Source of the DNA: Candidatus Woesearchaeota archaeon
Lineage (GTDB): Archaea > Nanobdellota > Nanobdellia > SCGC-AAA011-G17 > PNOQ01
Assembly (NCBI GenBank): GCA_018302135.1
Contig: JAGWAE010000006.1
Location: 1 to 44,743 of the forward strand
Direction: 5' to 3'
Length of the DNA stretch: 44,743 bases
Positions 32,704 to 41,153 of the stretch are shown piece by piece. A program made the translations under genes and the position numbers. Position 1 is the first letter of the stretch. Every line of letters begins with the position of its first letter. The notes under the pieces are model-generated. The model ran no database searches. It saw only the letters and a program-made list of their open reading frames with translations, and was not told the DNA's origin.

Positions 32704-33846
32704 ATGTTAAAAAACAAAAAAGGGTCAATTGCTTCTTTGGCTATTTTTATAGCTGTTTTTATTGTTGTTTATTTATTATTAATGCCTGCTTGTGATAGGT
32801 GTATGTTGTTAAAAAATGAGAATTGCCAGGATTATTGTAATGAACCTCAAAAATTAGGAACTGTTCTTTACGATAAGCCTGGAGATATAGAAGTAAAGAA
32901 TAGTTTTACTCATGAGTTAGAGCCAGTTAGTATGTACATGAAAATCAATCCTGAAAATGAAGTTTTGGCTGATTCTCTTGTTGTTTCTAGGAGTTTATTT
33001 GGGACCGTAGATCAAGATATTAGTTTTGAAATAGACGACTTAGATAATTTAAGAAGTATTAATTTAGCTTTTAAATCTGTAAGTTCTAAAGGTAAACTTT
33101 TTATCGAATTGAATGGACATAATATTTTTGCTGAAGAAATTGAAGGAGTAGAATACAAACAGATACAGTTACCAATTACTTATTTGGAACCGGTTAATAA
33201 ATTGAAAATATATACAAGCAGTTCTGGACTTGCTTTCTGGGGAAAGAATGAATACGAGTTAAAATCTTTGGAATTGAAAAAAGAGTTTGAAATCGTTCAA
33301 TTTACTCAGTCTAGAGTTTTTTCAGTTAGTAATAAAGAATTAAATTATTTACAAAGTTCTAGTTTACAATATTCTATTGTTTGCAGTGAAGCGGAAAGAC
33401 AAACAATATTGAAAATATTTTTGAATGATCAACAAATAAATAGTGAGTTTATTATGTGTGAAAGTGTGGATAGAAACGTAGCTATTCAACCTAGTGAGTT
33501 AGTGGTTGGTGAAAATAAAATAGATTTTGTTATTGATAATGGTAATTTTATTTTTAGTCCGGTTCGAATTATTAATAATCTAAATCAAGATACTTATCCT
33601 TCATATTCATTTGATATTGGTGATGGAGAATTTGAAAGTGCCGAAAGATATTATTTATCTTTTAAAATGGCTGGAGATAACAAAAAAGCTAAAATTATGT
33701 TGAACGATCATGAAATTCAATTAGACACAAGTGATAATTTTTATGAAAGAGATATAACAACATATGTTAAAAAAACAAATAACTTTTTAGAAATAATTCC
33801 TGATAACTTATTTAAGATTAATGAATTAAAAATTTGGTATGAATAA
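32704..33846 (+). CDS. Class III signal peptide surface protein with three internal repeats, 380 aa
   Basis: The leader MLKNKKG is followed by SIASLAIFIAVFIVVYLLL. Three repeat modules share K-h-x-h-x-LN-[GD]-[HQ] (KLFIELNGHNIF, ILKIFLNDQQIN, KAKIMLNDHEIQ). Confidence 0.65.
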   Translation: MLKNKKGSIASLAIFIAVFIVVYLLLMPACDRCMLLKNENCQDYCNEPQKLGTVLYDKPGDIEVKNSFTHELEPVSMYMKINPENEVLADSLVVSRSLFGTVDQDISFEIDDLDNLRSINLAFKSVSSKGKLFIELNGHNIFAEEIEGVEYKQIQLPITYLEPVNKLKIYTSSSGLAFWGKNEYELKSLELKKEFEIVQFTQSRVFSVSNKELNYLQSSSLQYSIVCSEAERQTILKIFLNDQQINSEFIMCESVDRNVAIQPSELVVGENKIDFVIDNGNFIFSPVRIINNLNQDTYPSYSFDIGDGEFESAERYYLSFKMAGDNKKAKIMLNDHEIQLDTSDNFYERDITTYVKKTNNFLEIIPDNLFKINELKIWYE

Positions 33847-33866
33847 TCATTGCTTGGAGAAAAAAG

Positions 33867-35138
33867 GTGATAAATTATTATAGAAACAGTAGTTCAACAG
33901 GAGGTAAGATATTAAGAGGGATATTATATGTTCTTCTTATTGGTATCGTAATTGGGTTAGGGTTTTTAATTGTTTTTGCTTTTAAAAGTGGTCAAGCACA
34001 AAGTTTAGCAAAAGATACTAATATTGCTCTAGACAATCAGAATCCTGTTAGTGGGCTTTCTCTGTGGTGGGATAAGATTAATCCTATGAAGATGGAAACT
34101 TACAGTTCTGAAATAGATGATAGTGAAGAATATCAAGATTTGGGCGTAGAAATTGTAAGTTTTGAACCAACGCAGACTGTTTTCTTTGAAGATGATAGTA
34201 TTCAGGCTTTTGCAACAGTGGATGCTGTAAGCTTATCTGATGAAGTTTCAATGCTAAATTTTAATTGTTCTTTGGAAGATTATTATGGTGAATCTTTAGT
34301 ATTACCTGCATCGCGTTCTTATTATAAAAACACTAGAGTAAGCCCTCGTTGTAGTTTTGAAGGTGGGAAAATTGGATTAGGTAACACTGCTTTGAATACG
34401 AAAGCTATGACATTTAGTGTAAATTTTGATTTTGTTAATCAAGCTTATTATAATATTTATGTTATGCGTAAAGATGTTTATGAAAACTTAGTATTTGAAA
34501 AACAAGAAGATCCTTTTGATTATTATGATGTTTCTGATAAGAATTTGAATGTTATGACTAATGTAGTTGAGTCAAGAGCTACACCAGGTCCAGTAAATCT
34601 AGGATTGGGTTCTGTTAATTCACAACCATTCTTTGAAGGCACAGATCCGAACTTTTTACAAGTTTCGTTAACTCGAAACTCCAATAATGGAAATATAAAA
34701 TATGTTAAAAATTTGACTTTAAAAGTTACTCCTGAAATAGTTTTGAGTAATGACAATAAGACTTGTGACTTTGAATTATATGGTGAAGAATTTGATGAAG
34801 AAAGAGGGATAAAATTGTATGATCTTTATAGATTAACTCCTTATGCGTTTAGTGAAAGAGTTAATATTGGGTGTACGAAAGAAGAACTTAATGGGACCGG
34901 GTTAAGTGTTAGAAGTTGTATGAATGATTTGAAATCTAACATTCAACTACAATGTTTATTTACAATACCAGAATTTCCGGAAGAAAGCGTGCAAAGCGAT
35001 GAAAAGGTCGATTTTGTTTTATTATCCCCAATAATAGCAACTGTTGATTATGTTTATGAAATTGAGCGAAAAATAAATGTAGATATAAGGAAAAGCAGGA
35101 TTTTGAGAGAGGAAGAAGAAGTTGAGTTTGTTACATAA
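33867..35138 (+). CDS. N-terminally anchored extracellular protein, 423 aa, paralogous to the two downstream lipoproteins
   Basis: GTG start preceded by GGAGA. Signal anchor ILRGILYVLLIGIVIGLGFLIVFAF. Beta-rich body with several Cys and an acidic tail. Confidence 0.6.
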   Translation: MINYYRNSSSTGGKILRGILYVLLIGIVIGLGFLIVFAFKSGQAQSLAKDTNIALDNQNPVSGLSLWWDKINPMKMETYSSEIDDSEEYQDLGVEIVSFEPTQTVFFEDDSIQAFATVDAVSLSDEVSMLNFNCSLEDYYGESLVLPASRSYYKNTRVSPRCSFEGGKIGLGNTALNTKAMTFSVNFDFVNQAYYNIYVMRKDVYENLVFEKQEDPFDYYDVSDKNLNVMTNVVESRATPGPVNLGLGSVNSQPFFEGTDPNFLQVSLTRNSNNGNIKYVKNLTLKVTPEIVLSNDNKTCDFELYGEEFDEERGIKLYDLYRLTPYAFSERVNIGCTKEELNGTGLSVRSCMNDLKSNIQLQCLFTIPEFPEESVQSDEKVDFVLLSPIIATVDYVYEIERKINVDIRKSRILREEEEVEFVT

Positions 35139-35177
35139 TTAGAAAGTTTTTTAAAATACTCTGAATATAAATTAATT

Positions 35178-36077
35178 ATGAAGAGTTTGATATTTGTTTT
35201 ATTAATTAGTGTAGTTTTAGTTATTTCTGGATGTGGACCTGCTGGAAAAGGAACTAATATTGGTGGAGTAGATATGGAGTTTCAAGTTGATAGGCCACCC
35301 TTAGGAAGTATTCCGGATGAACAAACTTTTAGTGTTGACTTTGTGTTGAATAATAAGTTGACTAGAGAAGTGTCTGATGTCAAATTATGTATATATGATA
35401 CTGCACCAGAATCTGCAGGAGGGATAATTGGGAAACCATGCCAGACAGTTACTTTACCACCTGCAGATAAATTAGATGGTAAAATAGTCCCTTCAAGAGT
35501 TGGGCTATTATACTTTCCTGAGAATGGAGGAAAATATGCCTATACTGTTGGACAACAAGGAGTTAGTGATGTCACAATACATGCTGAATTAACATATACT
35601 GCAAATAGTATTGCGGTGATAAAGAGTGCATGTTTTAAGAAAAGTTCGGATATTGAAACTGACTTTGAGTGTGAGTCTCAGGAAGAATTTACTGGAAATG
35701 ATATTGATGCAGATCCGGCGCCAATTATTGTGACTAGAGTTGAAAAAAATATTTATCCTGAGGGTACACAGAATAGATTAAAGTTGACATTGTATTTGAC
35801 TAAAGCGGAAGGAGAAGTTATTTGGAATGAGGATGAAACTAAAAATTTAATGGATATAAAAATTAGTTCTTCTGATGCACAAGACTTTGTTTGTTCACCT
35901 AGTGAGAATGGTTTAATAAAATTTGATGAAAACACTGAAAAAATAATTTGTGATTCAGAATTTTCATTATCGCAAGATTTTTATAGAGATTCAATAGTTA
36001 TTGAACTATATTATAAATATAGATCAAAGTTATCAAGTGGTCCAATCACAATAGAAAAGAAAAGAGATGGAGGTTAA
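35178..36077 (+). CDS. Lipobox-containing secreted protein, 299 aa (beta-sandwich/CARDB-like by pattern)
   Basis: The signal peptide ends in the lipobox LVISGC. GGVDMEFQVDRPP...FSVDFVLNN aligns with the next gene, and there are multiple Cys. Confidence 0.65.
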   Translation: MKSLIFVLLISVVLVISGCGPAGKGTNIGGVDMEFQVDRPPLGSIPDEQTFSVDFVLNNKLTREVSDVKLCIYDTAPESAGGIIGKPCQTVTLPPADKLDGKIVPSRVGLLYFPENGGKYAYTVGQQGVSDVTIHAELTYTANSIAVIKSACFKKSSDIETDFECESQEEFTGNDIDADPAPIIVTRVEKNIYPEGTQNRLKLTLYLTKAEGEVIWNEDETKNLMDIKISSSDAQDFVCSPSENGLIKFDENTEKIICDSEFSLSQDFYRDSIVIELYYKYRSKLSSGPITIEKKRDGG

Positions 36078-36082
36078 TTGTC

Positions 36083-37003
36083 ATGAAAAAAATATTGGTG
36101 GTAATTTTAATATTGGCTTTGTTTATTGTAGCTGGTTGTAATAAAGATGTTGTTGAAGATGGTCCGTTTGTTGGTGGAACTAATGGAGTAAGTATTTCAT
36201 TCCAAGAAGGTACACCAATTTCTGAATTTGTAGTTGAAGATAGTATTCCTGTTAAAGTTGTTTTAAAGAATAGCGGAGAGAATGATGTTTTAACTGGTCA
36301 AGCTGAAGTTAAATTATACGGATTGTTAATGCAAGAATATAGTTTAGATGAGAGTTACAAAGTAGTTAATCAAAATATTATTGGTTTGAAAAAAGATGTT
36401 GTTGAAGAAGGTGGAGAAGCAGTAGTTGATATGGGAACTTTGAAGTATACTGGAGTTTATAGTAATTCATTAGAGCCTGTATTAAAAGCAAAAGTTTGTT
36501 ATCCATATAAAACGATATCTACTATAACTGCGTGTGCAAGTTCTAGAGAAATAATAGAAGCTGGTGGCGAATCAACTTGCGTTATAGATGGTGAAAAGAT
36601 ATCTACGACTAAAGTTTCTAGTTCACCTATGCAAGTAACTAGCTTTACTGAACAATTGTCTGGAAAAGATAGTGTAACTTTTAGAGTTGTTATAGAAAAT
36701 AGAGGAATTGGTGAAGTGTATAAAGATGATCAAACATGTACCAATTTAGATATACCTGTAACTAAATCTGAAAGCCAAGATAAAATAAAGTTTACTGTAA
36801 CACCAGAAGATATAACTTGTACAACTTACGAAGGAACTCAAAGTAATAGTGGTTATATTAAATTAGAGACAGGTAAGAAAACTTTGATTTGTAATATGAA
36901 AGTGAATAATGCAGGTTCTAATTATATAAGACAGATAAACATAAATTTAGATTTTAAATATATGGAATCTGTATCCAAGCAATTAAAGATTTTAGAAGCA
37001 TAA
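36083..37003 (+). CDS. Lipobox-containing secreted protein, 306 aa, paralog of the previous gene
   Basis: The signal peptide ends in FIVAGC. GGTNGVSISFQEG...IPVKVVLKNSGEND and SSPMQVTSF..VTFRVVIENRGIGEV are CARDB/Ig-like patterns. Confidence 0.65.
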   Translation: MKKILVVILILALFIVAGCNKDVVEDGPFVGGTNGVSISFQEGTPISEFVVEDSIPVKVVLKNSGENDVLTGQAEVKLYGLLMQEYSLDESYKVVNQNIIGLKKDVVEEGGEAVVDMGTLKYTGVYSNSLEPVLKAKVCYPYKTISTITACASSREIIEAGGESTCVIDGEKISTTKVSSSPMQVTSFTEQLSGKDSVTFRVVIENRGIGEVYKDDQTCTNLDIPVTKSESQDKIKFTVTPEDITCTTYEGTQSNSGYIKLETGKKTLICNMKVNNAGSNYIRQININLDFKYMESVSKQLKILEA

Positions 37004-37033
37004 GTTTTTAAATTCTTTATCTTTTTTATTTTT

Positions 37034-37579
37034 ATGATTGAATTTACTGAGTTGGAAGATGCTGCGAAGAAACATAAGTTATATCAGAATGTTATTTCTA
37101 CTAAAGGAAATTTGGTTTTTTTTCGTGGCAATTTAAATAATCCTGAATATTTATTTATTGGTGAAGCTCCTGGACAAGAAGAAAATAAAGTTGGAAAACC
37201 TTTTATTGGGAGAAGTGGGAAATTATTAGATGGTTGGATTAATAGTTCTAATATTAAAGATTTTGTTATTATAAATACAGTTCCAATTATTCCTTTAGAT
37301 GCGAGTGGAAAAATTAGAAAACCTACTAGCGATGAAATAAATTACTTTAAACCTTATGTCGATAATTTGATTAAGTCTATTAATCCCAAATGGATAATTT
37401 GTTTGGGTAAAAGTGCTTTAGAGTATATGGATTTGAGTCTTATTAACTTAACTTGGAAAGAGAATATCGGATTTATTTATCATCCTTCTTATTATTTGCG
37501 TAATGGTAGAGACGGGAAAGATGATTTTAATAAATTAATTTTAAATAGGGCTATACAAAAAAGTTTAAGCGAGTTCTGA
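37034..37579 (+). CDS. udg: Uracil-DNA glycosylase superfamily protein (family 4-like motifs, no Fe-S cysteines)
   Basis: Motif A is GEAPGQEEN and motif B is HPSYYLRNG. The 181-aa protein contains only one Cys. A TTTTTAAA box ends 21 nt upstream of the ATG. Confidence 0.8.
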   Translation: MIEFTELEDAAKKHKLYQNVISTKGNLVFFRGNLNNPEYLFIGEAPGQEENKVGKPFIGRSGKLLDGWINSSNIKDFVIINTVPIIPLDASGKIRKPTSDEINYFKPYVDNLIKSINPKWIICLGKSALEYMDLSLINLTWKENIGFIYHPSYYLRNGRDGKDDFNKLILNRAIQKSLSEF

Positions 37580-37592
37580 TCTTGCTATATTT

Positions 37593-37862
37593 CTATACTT
37601 GCTCTTCAGTTTTAAAATCACTTCCGTGTAATTCTCTTAATATGTGATAATATCTTCCTAATAACATTGTTTCTATAGATAAATTTAAACAAACTTCTGC
37701 TCTGTTTAATATTAATTCATGGTGTTTTGATTGATTTTTAGGTATTACACTTCTTGTTGTATCAAGATATTCTCTTTGTGCAGCAATCAAAATACAATGT
37801 CTCTGTTTTTTTGTAGTTGAATCCTTTTCAATAAGATACCTATTTATTAATTCATTAAGCAT
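37593..37862 (-). CDS. Hypothetical helical protein (89 aa), second gene of a two-gene cassette
   Basis: ORF with 3-nt spacing from the upstream 108-aa gene. No motif recognised. Confidence 0.45.
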   Translation of the reverse strand: MLNELINRYLIEKDSTTKKQRHCILIAAQREYLDTTRSVIPKNQSKHHELILNRAEVCLNLSIETMLLGRYYHILRELHGSDFKTEEQV

Positions 37863-37865
37863 ATT

Positions 37866-38192
37866 TTATCTTTCCTCTGTTAGTTGTGCATATCTTTCGG
37901 TAGTTGCATACTCTCGAATCGTTTGAACTATCCCTTCAAACATTTTTATTCGTCTAAACATCAATTCTTCATTTTTTATTGGATCTTCGTGATCTAACTC
38001 AGATGTTGCAACCAAATATTTTAGTTGTAAATCATAATTTTGTCTGAGATATCCAAATATGTTTTCCCATGTAAATGAGGAGTCTGATATATTCTCTAAT
38101 TTAGGTAGATCTATTGTCAATTTTGTGACAGTTTCATCTAAATCCGCCATTAATTCATCCAATCTATTTGTTTTATTTCCCATTTTTATCAC
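37866..38192 (-). CDS. Hypothetical helical protein (108 aa), first gene of a two-gene cassette
   Basis: ORF divergent from the TrmB-like regulator. No motif recognised. Confidence 0.45.
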   Translation of the reverse strand: MIKMGNKTNRLDELMADLDETVTKLTIDLPKLENISDSSFTWENIFGYLRQNYDLQLKYLVATSELDHEDPIKNEELMFRRIKMFEGIVQTIREYATTERYAQLTEER

Positions 38193-38285
38193 TGTAATGT
38201 AAAACTAGAATAATATTTAAATTGTTGTAGTATTATATTTAACGACAATAGTAAACCTTAAATAGATGTATTATTCTTATTTTAC

Positions 38286-39017
38286 ATGGATAAAGAACAA
38301 GTTTTAAGGAATTTTGGATTGACTGAAAGAGAAATAAAAGTGTTTTTAGCTAGCATGACTTTAGGACAAGCTACAGTTAACGAGATAGCTAAAAAATCTA
38401 ATACTTTTAGAACATACTCCTACGACATCTTAAAATCTTTAATGGAAAAAGGATTAGTTAGATATTTTATTAAATCTGGAGTAAAATATTTTGAAACTAT
38501 TGAACCTGAAAAATTGGTTTATATCTTGCAAGAAAGAGAAGATCAAGTTAAAACAATTTTACCTGAGTTAAAATCATTAAGAGCAAGAACTACGGAAAAA
38601 CCAAAAGTAGAGTTCTATGAGGGAAAAGAAGGAATAAAAACTATACATGAGGACATAATTAAAACAAAACCAAAAGAAGTTTTAGTTTATGGAAATACAG
38701 AGAAACATTATGAAGTTATGCAATGGTATTTTCCAAGGTACATAAAAGAGAGAATAAAAAATAATATTCGAACAAGAGTTATTACAGAAAAAACTAAATT
38801 AACTAAAGAACAAATTAAAGATAAAGAAAACGTAGAATTAAGACAAACAAAATATTTTCCTATAGGTTTTTCTTTTCCAACACTAAAATATATTTATGGA
38901 AATAAATTAGCAATGATTTCTTTAGGAGATAATATTGTTGGGTTAATATTAGAAAATAAAGATATAACTAACACGGAAAAAATGGTGTTTGAACTGTTAT
39001 GGAAAACAATTAAATAA
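38286..39017 (+). CDS. TrmB-family transcriptional regulator (N-terminal wHTH plus C-terminal sensor-like domain)
   Basis: GLTEREIKVFLASMTLGQATVNEIAKKSNTFRTYSYDILKSLMEKGLV is a TrmB/MarR-type winged HTH. 243 aa. A CTTAAATA box ends 21 nt upstream of the ATG. Confidence 0.75.
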   Translation: MDKEQVLRNFGLTEREIKVFLASMTLGQATVNEIAKKSNTFRTYSYDILKSLMEKGLVRYFIKSGVKYFETIEPEKLVYILQEREDQVKTILPELKSLRARTTEKPKVEFYEGKEGIKTIHEDIIKTKPKEVLVYGNTEKHYEVMQWYFPRYIKERIKNNIRTRVITEKTKLTKEQIKDKENVELRQTKYFPIGFSFPTLKYIYGNKLAMISLGDNIVGLILENKDITNTEKMVFELLWKTIK

Positions 39018-39020
39018 TTT

Positions 39021-39179
39021 TTATATTTGATTTCTAGCAATATTTCTATACTTGCTAAACTTATCATTTTCTGAATATTTTGCAGGTTTTGGATTTACAG
39101 TTTTTTTGCCGCATTTTGGGCAGTCTTTTTCTAATGTAAAGAGATTACAAAATTCACATTTCAATATTTGAACTTTCAT
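39021..39179 (-). CDS. nop10: H/ACA RNP protein Nop10
   Basis: Not in the ORF track (52 aa). Reads MKVQILKCEFCNLFTLEKDCPKCGKKTVNPKPAKYSENDKFSKYRNIARNQI: a Zn ribbon CxxC..CxxC plus the P-x-K/R-Y/F-S-x-x-D-K-F/Y-x-x-Y-R tail. ATGA overlap with the aIF2-alpha stop. Confidence 0.85.
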   Translation of the reverse strand: MKVQILKCEFCNLFTLEKDCPKCGKKTVNPKPAKYSENDKFSKYRNIARNQI

Positions 39180-39946
39180 TCTTTAGTAAATTCGCCAAAA
39201 CCTTTTTTAGCTTTTATTTTTGTTATTATTTCTTCTTGTGTATTTTTTAGAATTCCTTCAGCCGTTTTGTAATCAGAAGCTTTTACAACAATTCTGTATT
39301 TTGGTGCGCTAATATAAGTTATTTTTATTTCGCCTTCTTCTGCTTCGATTAATATCTTTTTTATTATTTCTGCTCCGGTAGGTTCTTCACTTTTTAATGT
39401 TAATACTCCATGAACTTCAACTTCTGCAGGCTTTATCTTTTCTTTTATAATTTGTAGCATTAACTCTTCTGTTTTTTTATCTAGTTTTAACTCTTGAATT
39501 AATTCTTCATCTAAAACAAATCTTTGGAATCCATCATACAATGCACCATAGATTTCTATTATTTTATAACCGATTTCATCATACATCTTTTTTAGGTCTT
39601 TGTTTATTTGTTTTCCTATCATTTCTAGTAACTTTTCTGCTTTTTGTTCTTGTTTATAATCATTTAATTTGTTAACTTGTTGCATTGTGTTAACTCTTCT
39701 AATTGAAAGATCGATTTGATTTTTTTCTTTATTTATTCTTAGAACTTTACAAACTATTGTTTTTCCTTCTTTTACAAAATCTCTAATATTTCTAATTCTA
39801 CCTGGTGAAATTTCAGAAATATGAATCATTCCTTCTAAACTTTTATATTCATCTAATCTTGCGAAAACGCTATGATAAAGAATCTTAGAAACTGTACAAA
39901 TCGCTATTTCCCCTTCTTCAGGTAAACCTGATTTTTTATAAAACAT
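39176..39946 (-). CDS. eif2a: Translation initiation factor aIF2 alpha subunit
   Basis: N-terminal S1/OB domain (LPEEGEIAICTVSKI..GMIHISEISPGRIRNIRDFVKEGK) followed by helical and alpha-beta domains. 256 aa, in a conserved neighbourhood. Confidence 0.9.
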   Translation of the reverse strand: MFYKKSGLPEEGEIAICTVSKILYHSVFARLDEYKSLEGMIHISEISPGRIRNIRDFVKEGKTIVCKVLRINKEKNQIDLSIRRVNTMQQVNKLNDYKQEQKAEKLLEMIGKQINKDLKKMYDEIGYKIIEIYGALYDGFQRFVLDEELIQELKLDKKTEELMLQIIKEKIKPAEVEVHGVLTLKSEEPTGAEIIKKILIEAEEGEIKITYISAPKYRIVVKASDYKTAEGILKNTQEEIITKIKAKKGFGEFTKE

Positions 39947-39948
39947 TT

Positions 39949-40122
39949 TTAGGCTAGTATTTCTAGAATGCTTGTCTTTAGTTTTGCTTTTCCACCAGTT
40001 GATGTTGCTAAAACTTCATTACAAACTAGACATTTAACTTCTGTTGAAGCTTTGTCAAAAATTATTTGTTCGTTTTTGCATTTAGAGCATCTAACTTTTA
40101 TGAACTTGCTTTTTGGTCCCAT
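39949..40122 (-). CDS. rps27e: Ribosomal protein eS27 (S27e)
   Basis: Not in the ORF track (57 aa). Reads MGPKSKFIKVRCSKCKNEQIIFDKASTEVKCLVCNEVLATSTGGKAKLKTSILEILA, with a C4 zinc ribbon. It starts immediately after the L44e stop. Confidence 0.85.
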   Translation of the reverse strand: MGPKSKFIKVRCSKCKNEQIIFDKASTEVKCLVCNEVLATSTGGKAKLKTSILEILA

Positions 40123-40434
40123 TTATTCAAACTCCACTTTCTTTAATCTTCCAATGACTGAAATTGTTGATTTTTTGCAATCCTTGCATGTTAGTTTTAA
40201 ACTAATTCTTTTTGTAGATTTTACACCAGTTCTTTTAAATTTACTCATTGCTGGCTTAGAACCCCATTTACCTAAGTTACCATAACCTATTCCTAAACCT
40301 CTTTTGTGAGCTCTAGCGATAGAACCATGTTTTAAACTACCTCTTTTACCAGTAGTTTTATGTTCAGTTATTTTGTGTTCGGTGTGTTTTTTACACTTTC
40401 TACAGTAAGTTATTTTTGATTTTGGTATTTTCAT
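40123..40434 (-). CDS. rpl44e: Ribosomal protein eL42 (L44e)
   Basis: MKIPKSKITYCRKCKKHTEHKI...GKRGS..YGNLGKWGSKP..LKLTCKDCKK is basic with a C4 zinc ribbon. 103 aa. Confidence 0.88.
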   Translation of the reverse strand: MKIPKSKITYCRKCKKHTEHKITEHKTTGKRGSLKHGSIARAHKRGLGIGYGNLGKWGSKPAMSKFKRTGVKSTKRISLKLTCKDCKKSTISVIGRLKKVEFE

Positions 40435-41060
40435 GTTTCTTCTGCTCGTTTTTGTTTGACTAAAAGCTCAGCAATGTCAGGAGATATTTCTATTGTTTCT
40501 TGATCTTTGAACGGACCGTACGTTTCTAAGTCTGTTCCTATAAACCTAGGAATATCGCAAAGCAACTTTAAGCTTTTGGTTGATTTGTTTGGTTTTTCGG
40601 TTATTTTTAAGTCTTTTGGTTTATAATGTTTTAATTCGACTTTAGGAAGATTGCCAAGAGTTAGCTCATAAAGTATGTTTTCTCTGAAAAAATTAAGTTT
40701 TCCGGCTATTTCTTCATATAATTCTTGTTCTTCTGGAAGCATAACCCTTTTTTCTTCTGTACCTATATTTGTTCTTGAAGATATTATGGCTAGTTGTATT
40801 ATCTTAGATTCTCTTCTTTCATATAACTCTTTTATTATTTTTTCTATATTTTCTATTTGTTTTCTTGTCTTTTGGACCTCTATACTAGTAAATATACTCT
40901 TTTTACTTTCTTGTGATTCTAATATTTCTTTCTTTTTTTTAATGTAGCTTATTAAGTCTTCTAAGAAGTTATTTGGGAGGTCTTGAAGCTCTGGCCTGGC
41001 TTTTTCTCTTCTTAAAATATCATATAAAGTTTCATAAGTTATAACAATATTTTCGGACAT
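40431..41060 (-). CDS. GINS subunit (Gins51/Gins15-like)
   Basis: The N-terminal A-domain pattern is ITYETLYDILRREKARPELQDLPNNFLEDLISYIK. The C-terminal B-domain pattern is FIGTDLETYGPFKDQETIEISPDIAELLVKQKRAE. 4-nt overlap with the L44e start. Confidence 0.55.
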   Translation of the reverse strand: MSENIVITYETLYDILRREKARPELQDLPNNFLEDLISYIKKKKEILESQESKKSIFTSIEVQKTRKQIENIEKIIKELYERRESKIIQLAIISSRTNIGTEEKRVMLPEEQELYEEIAGKLNFFRENILYELTLGNLPKVELKHYKPKDLKITEKPNKSTKSLKLLCDIPRFIGTDLETYGPFKDQETIEISPDIAELLVKQKRAEET

Positions 41061-41153
41061 GGTTCCAATAAAACAACTTCTATTCTTAAAGTTTTTTAGT
41101 TTCTGTTATCTATGATTAGACAACTTAATAAATAAGCAATAATAATTTATTTT

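Noticed and set aside
34523-35935. Minus-strand ORFs 34523..34756 and 35753..35935
   Set aside because: They are antisense to the surface-protein genes, so they are frame shadows.
39968-40285. 105-aa plus-strand ORF
   Set aside because: It is antisense to the clearly recognisable eS27 and eL42 genes on the minus strand, so it is a frame shadow.
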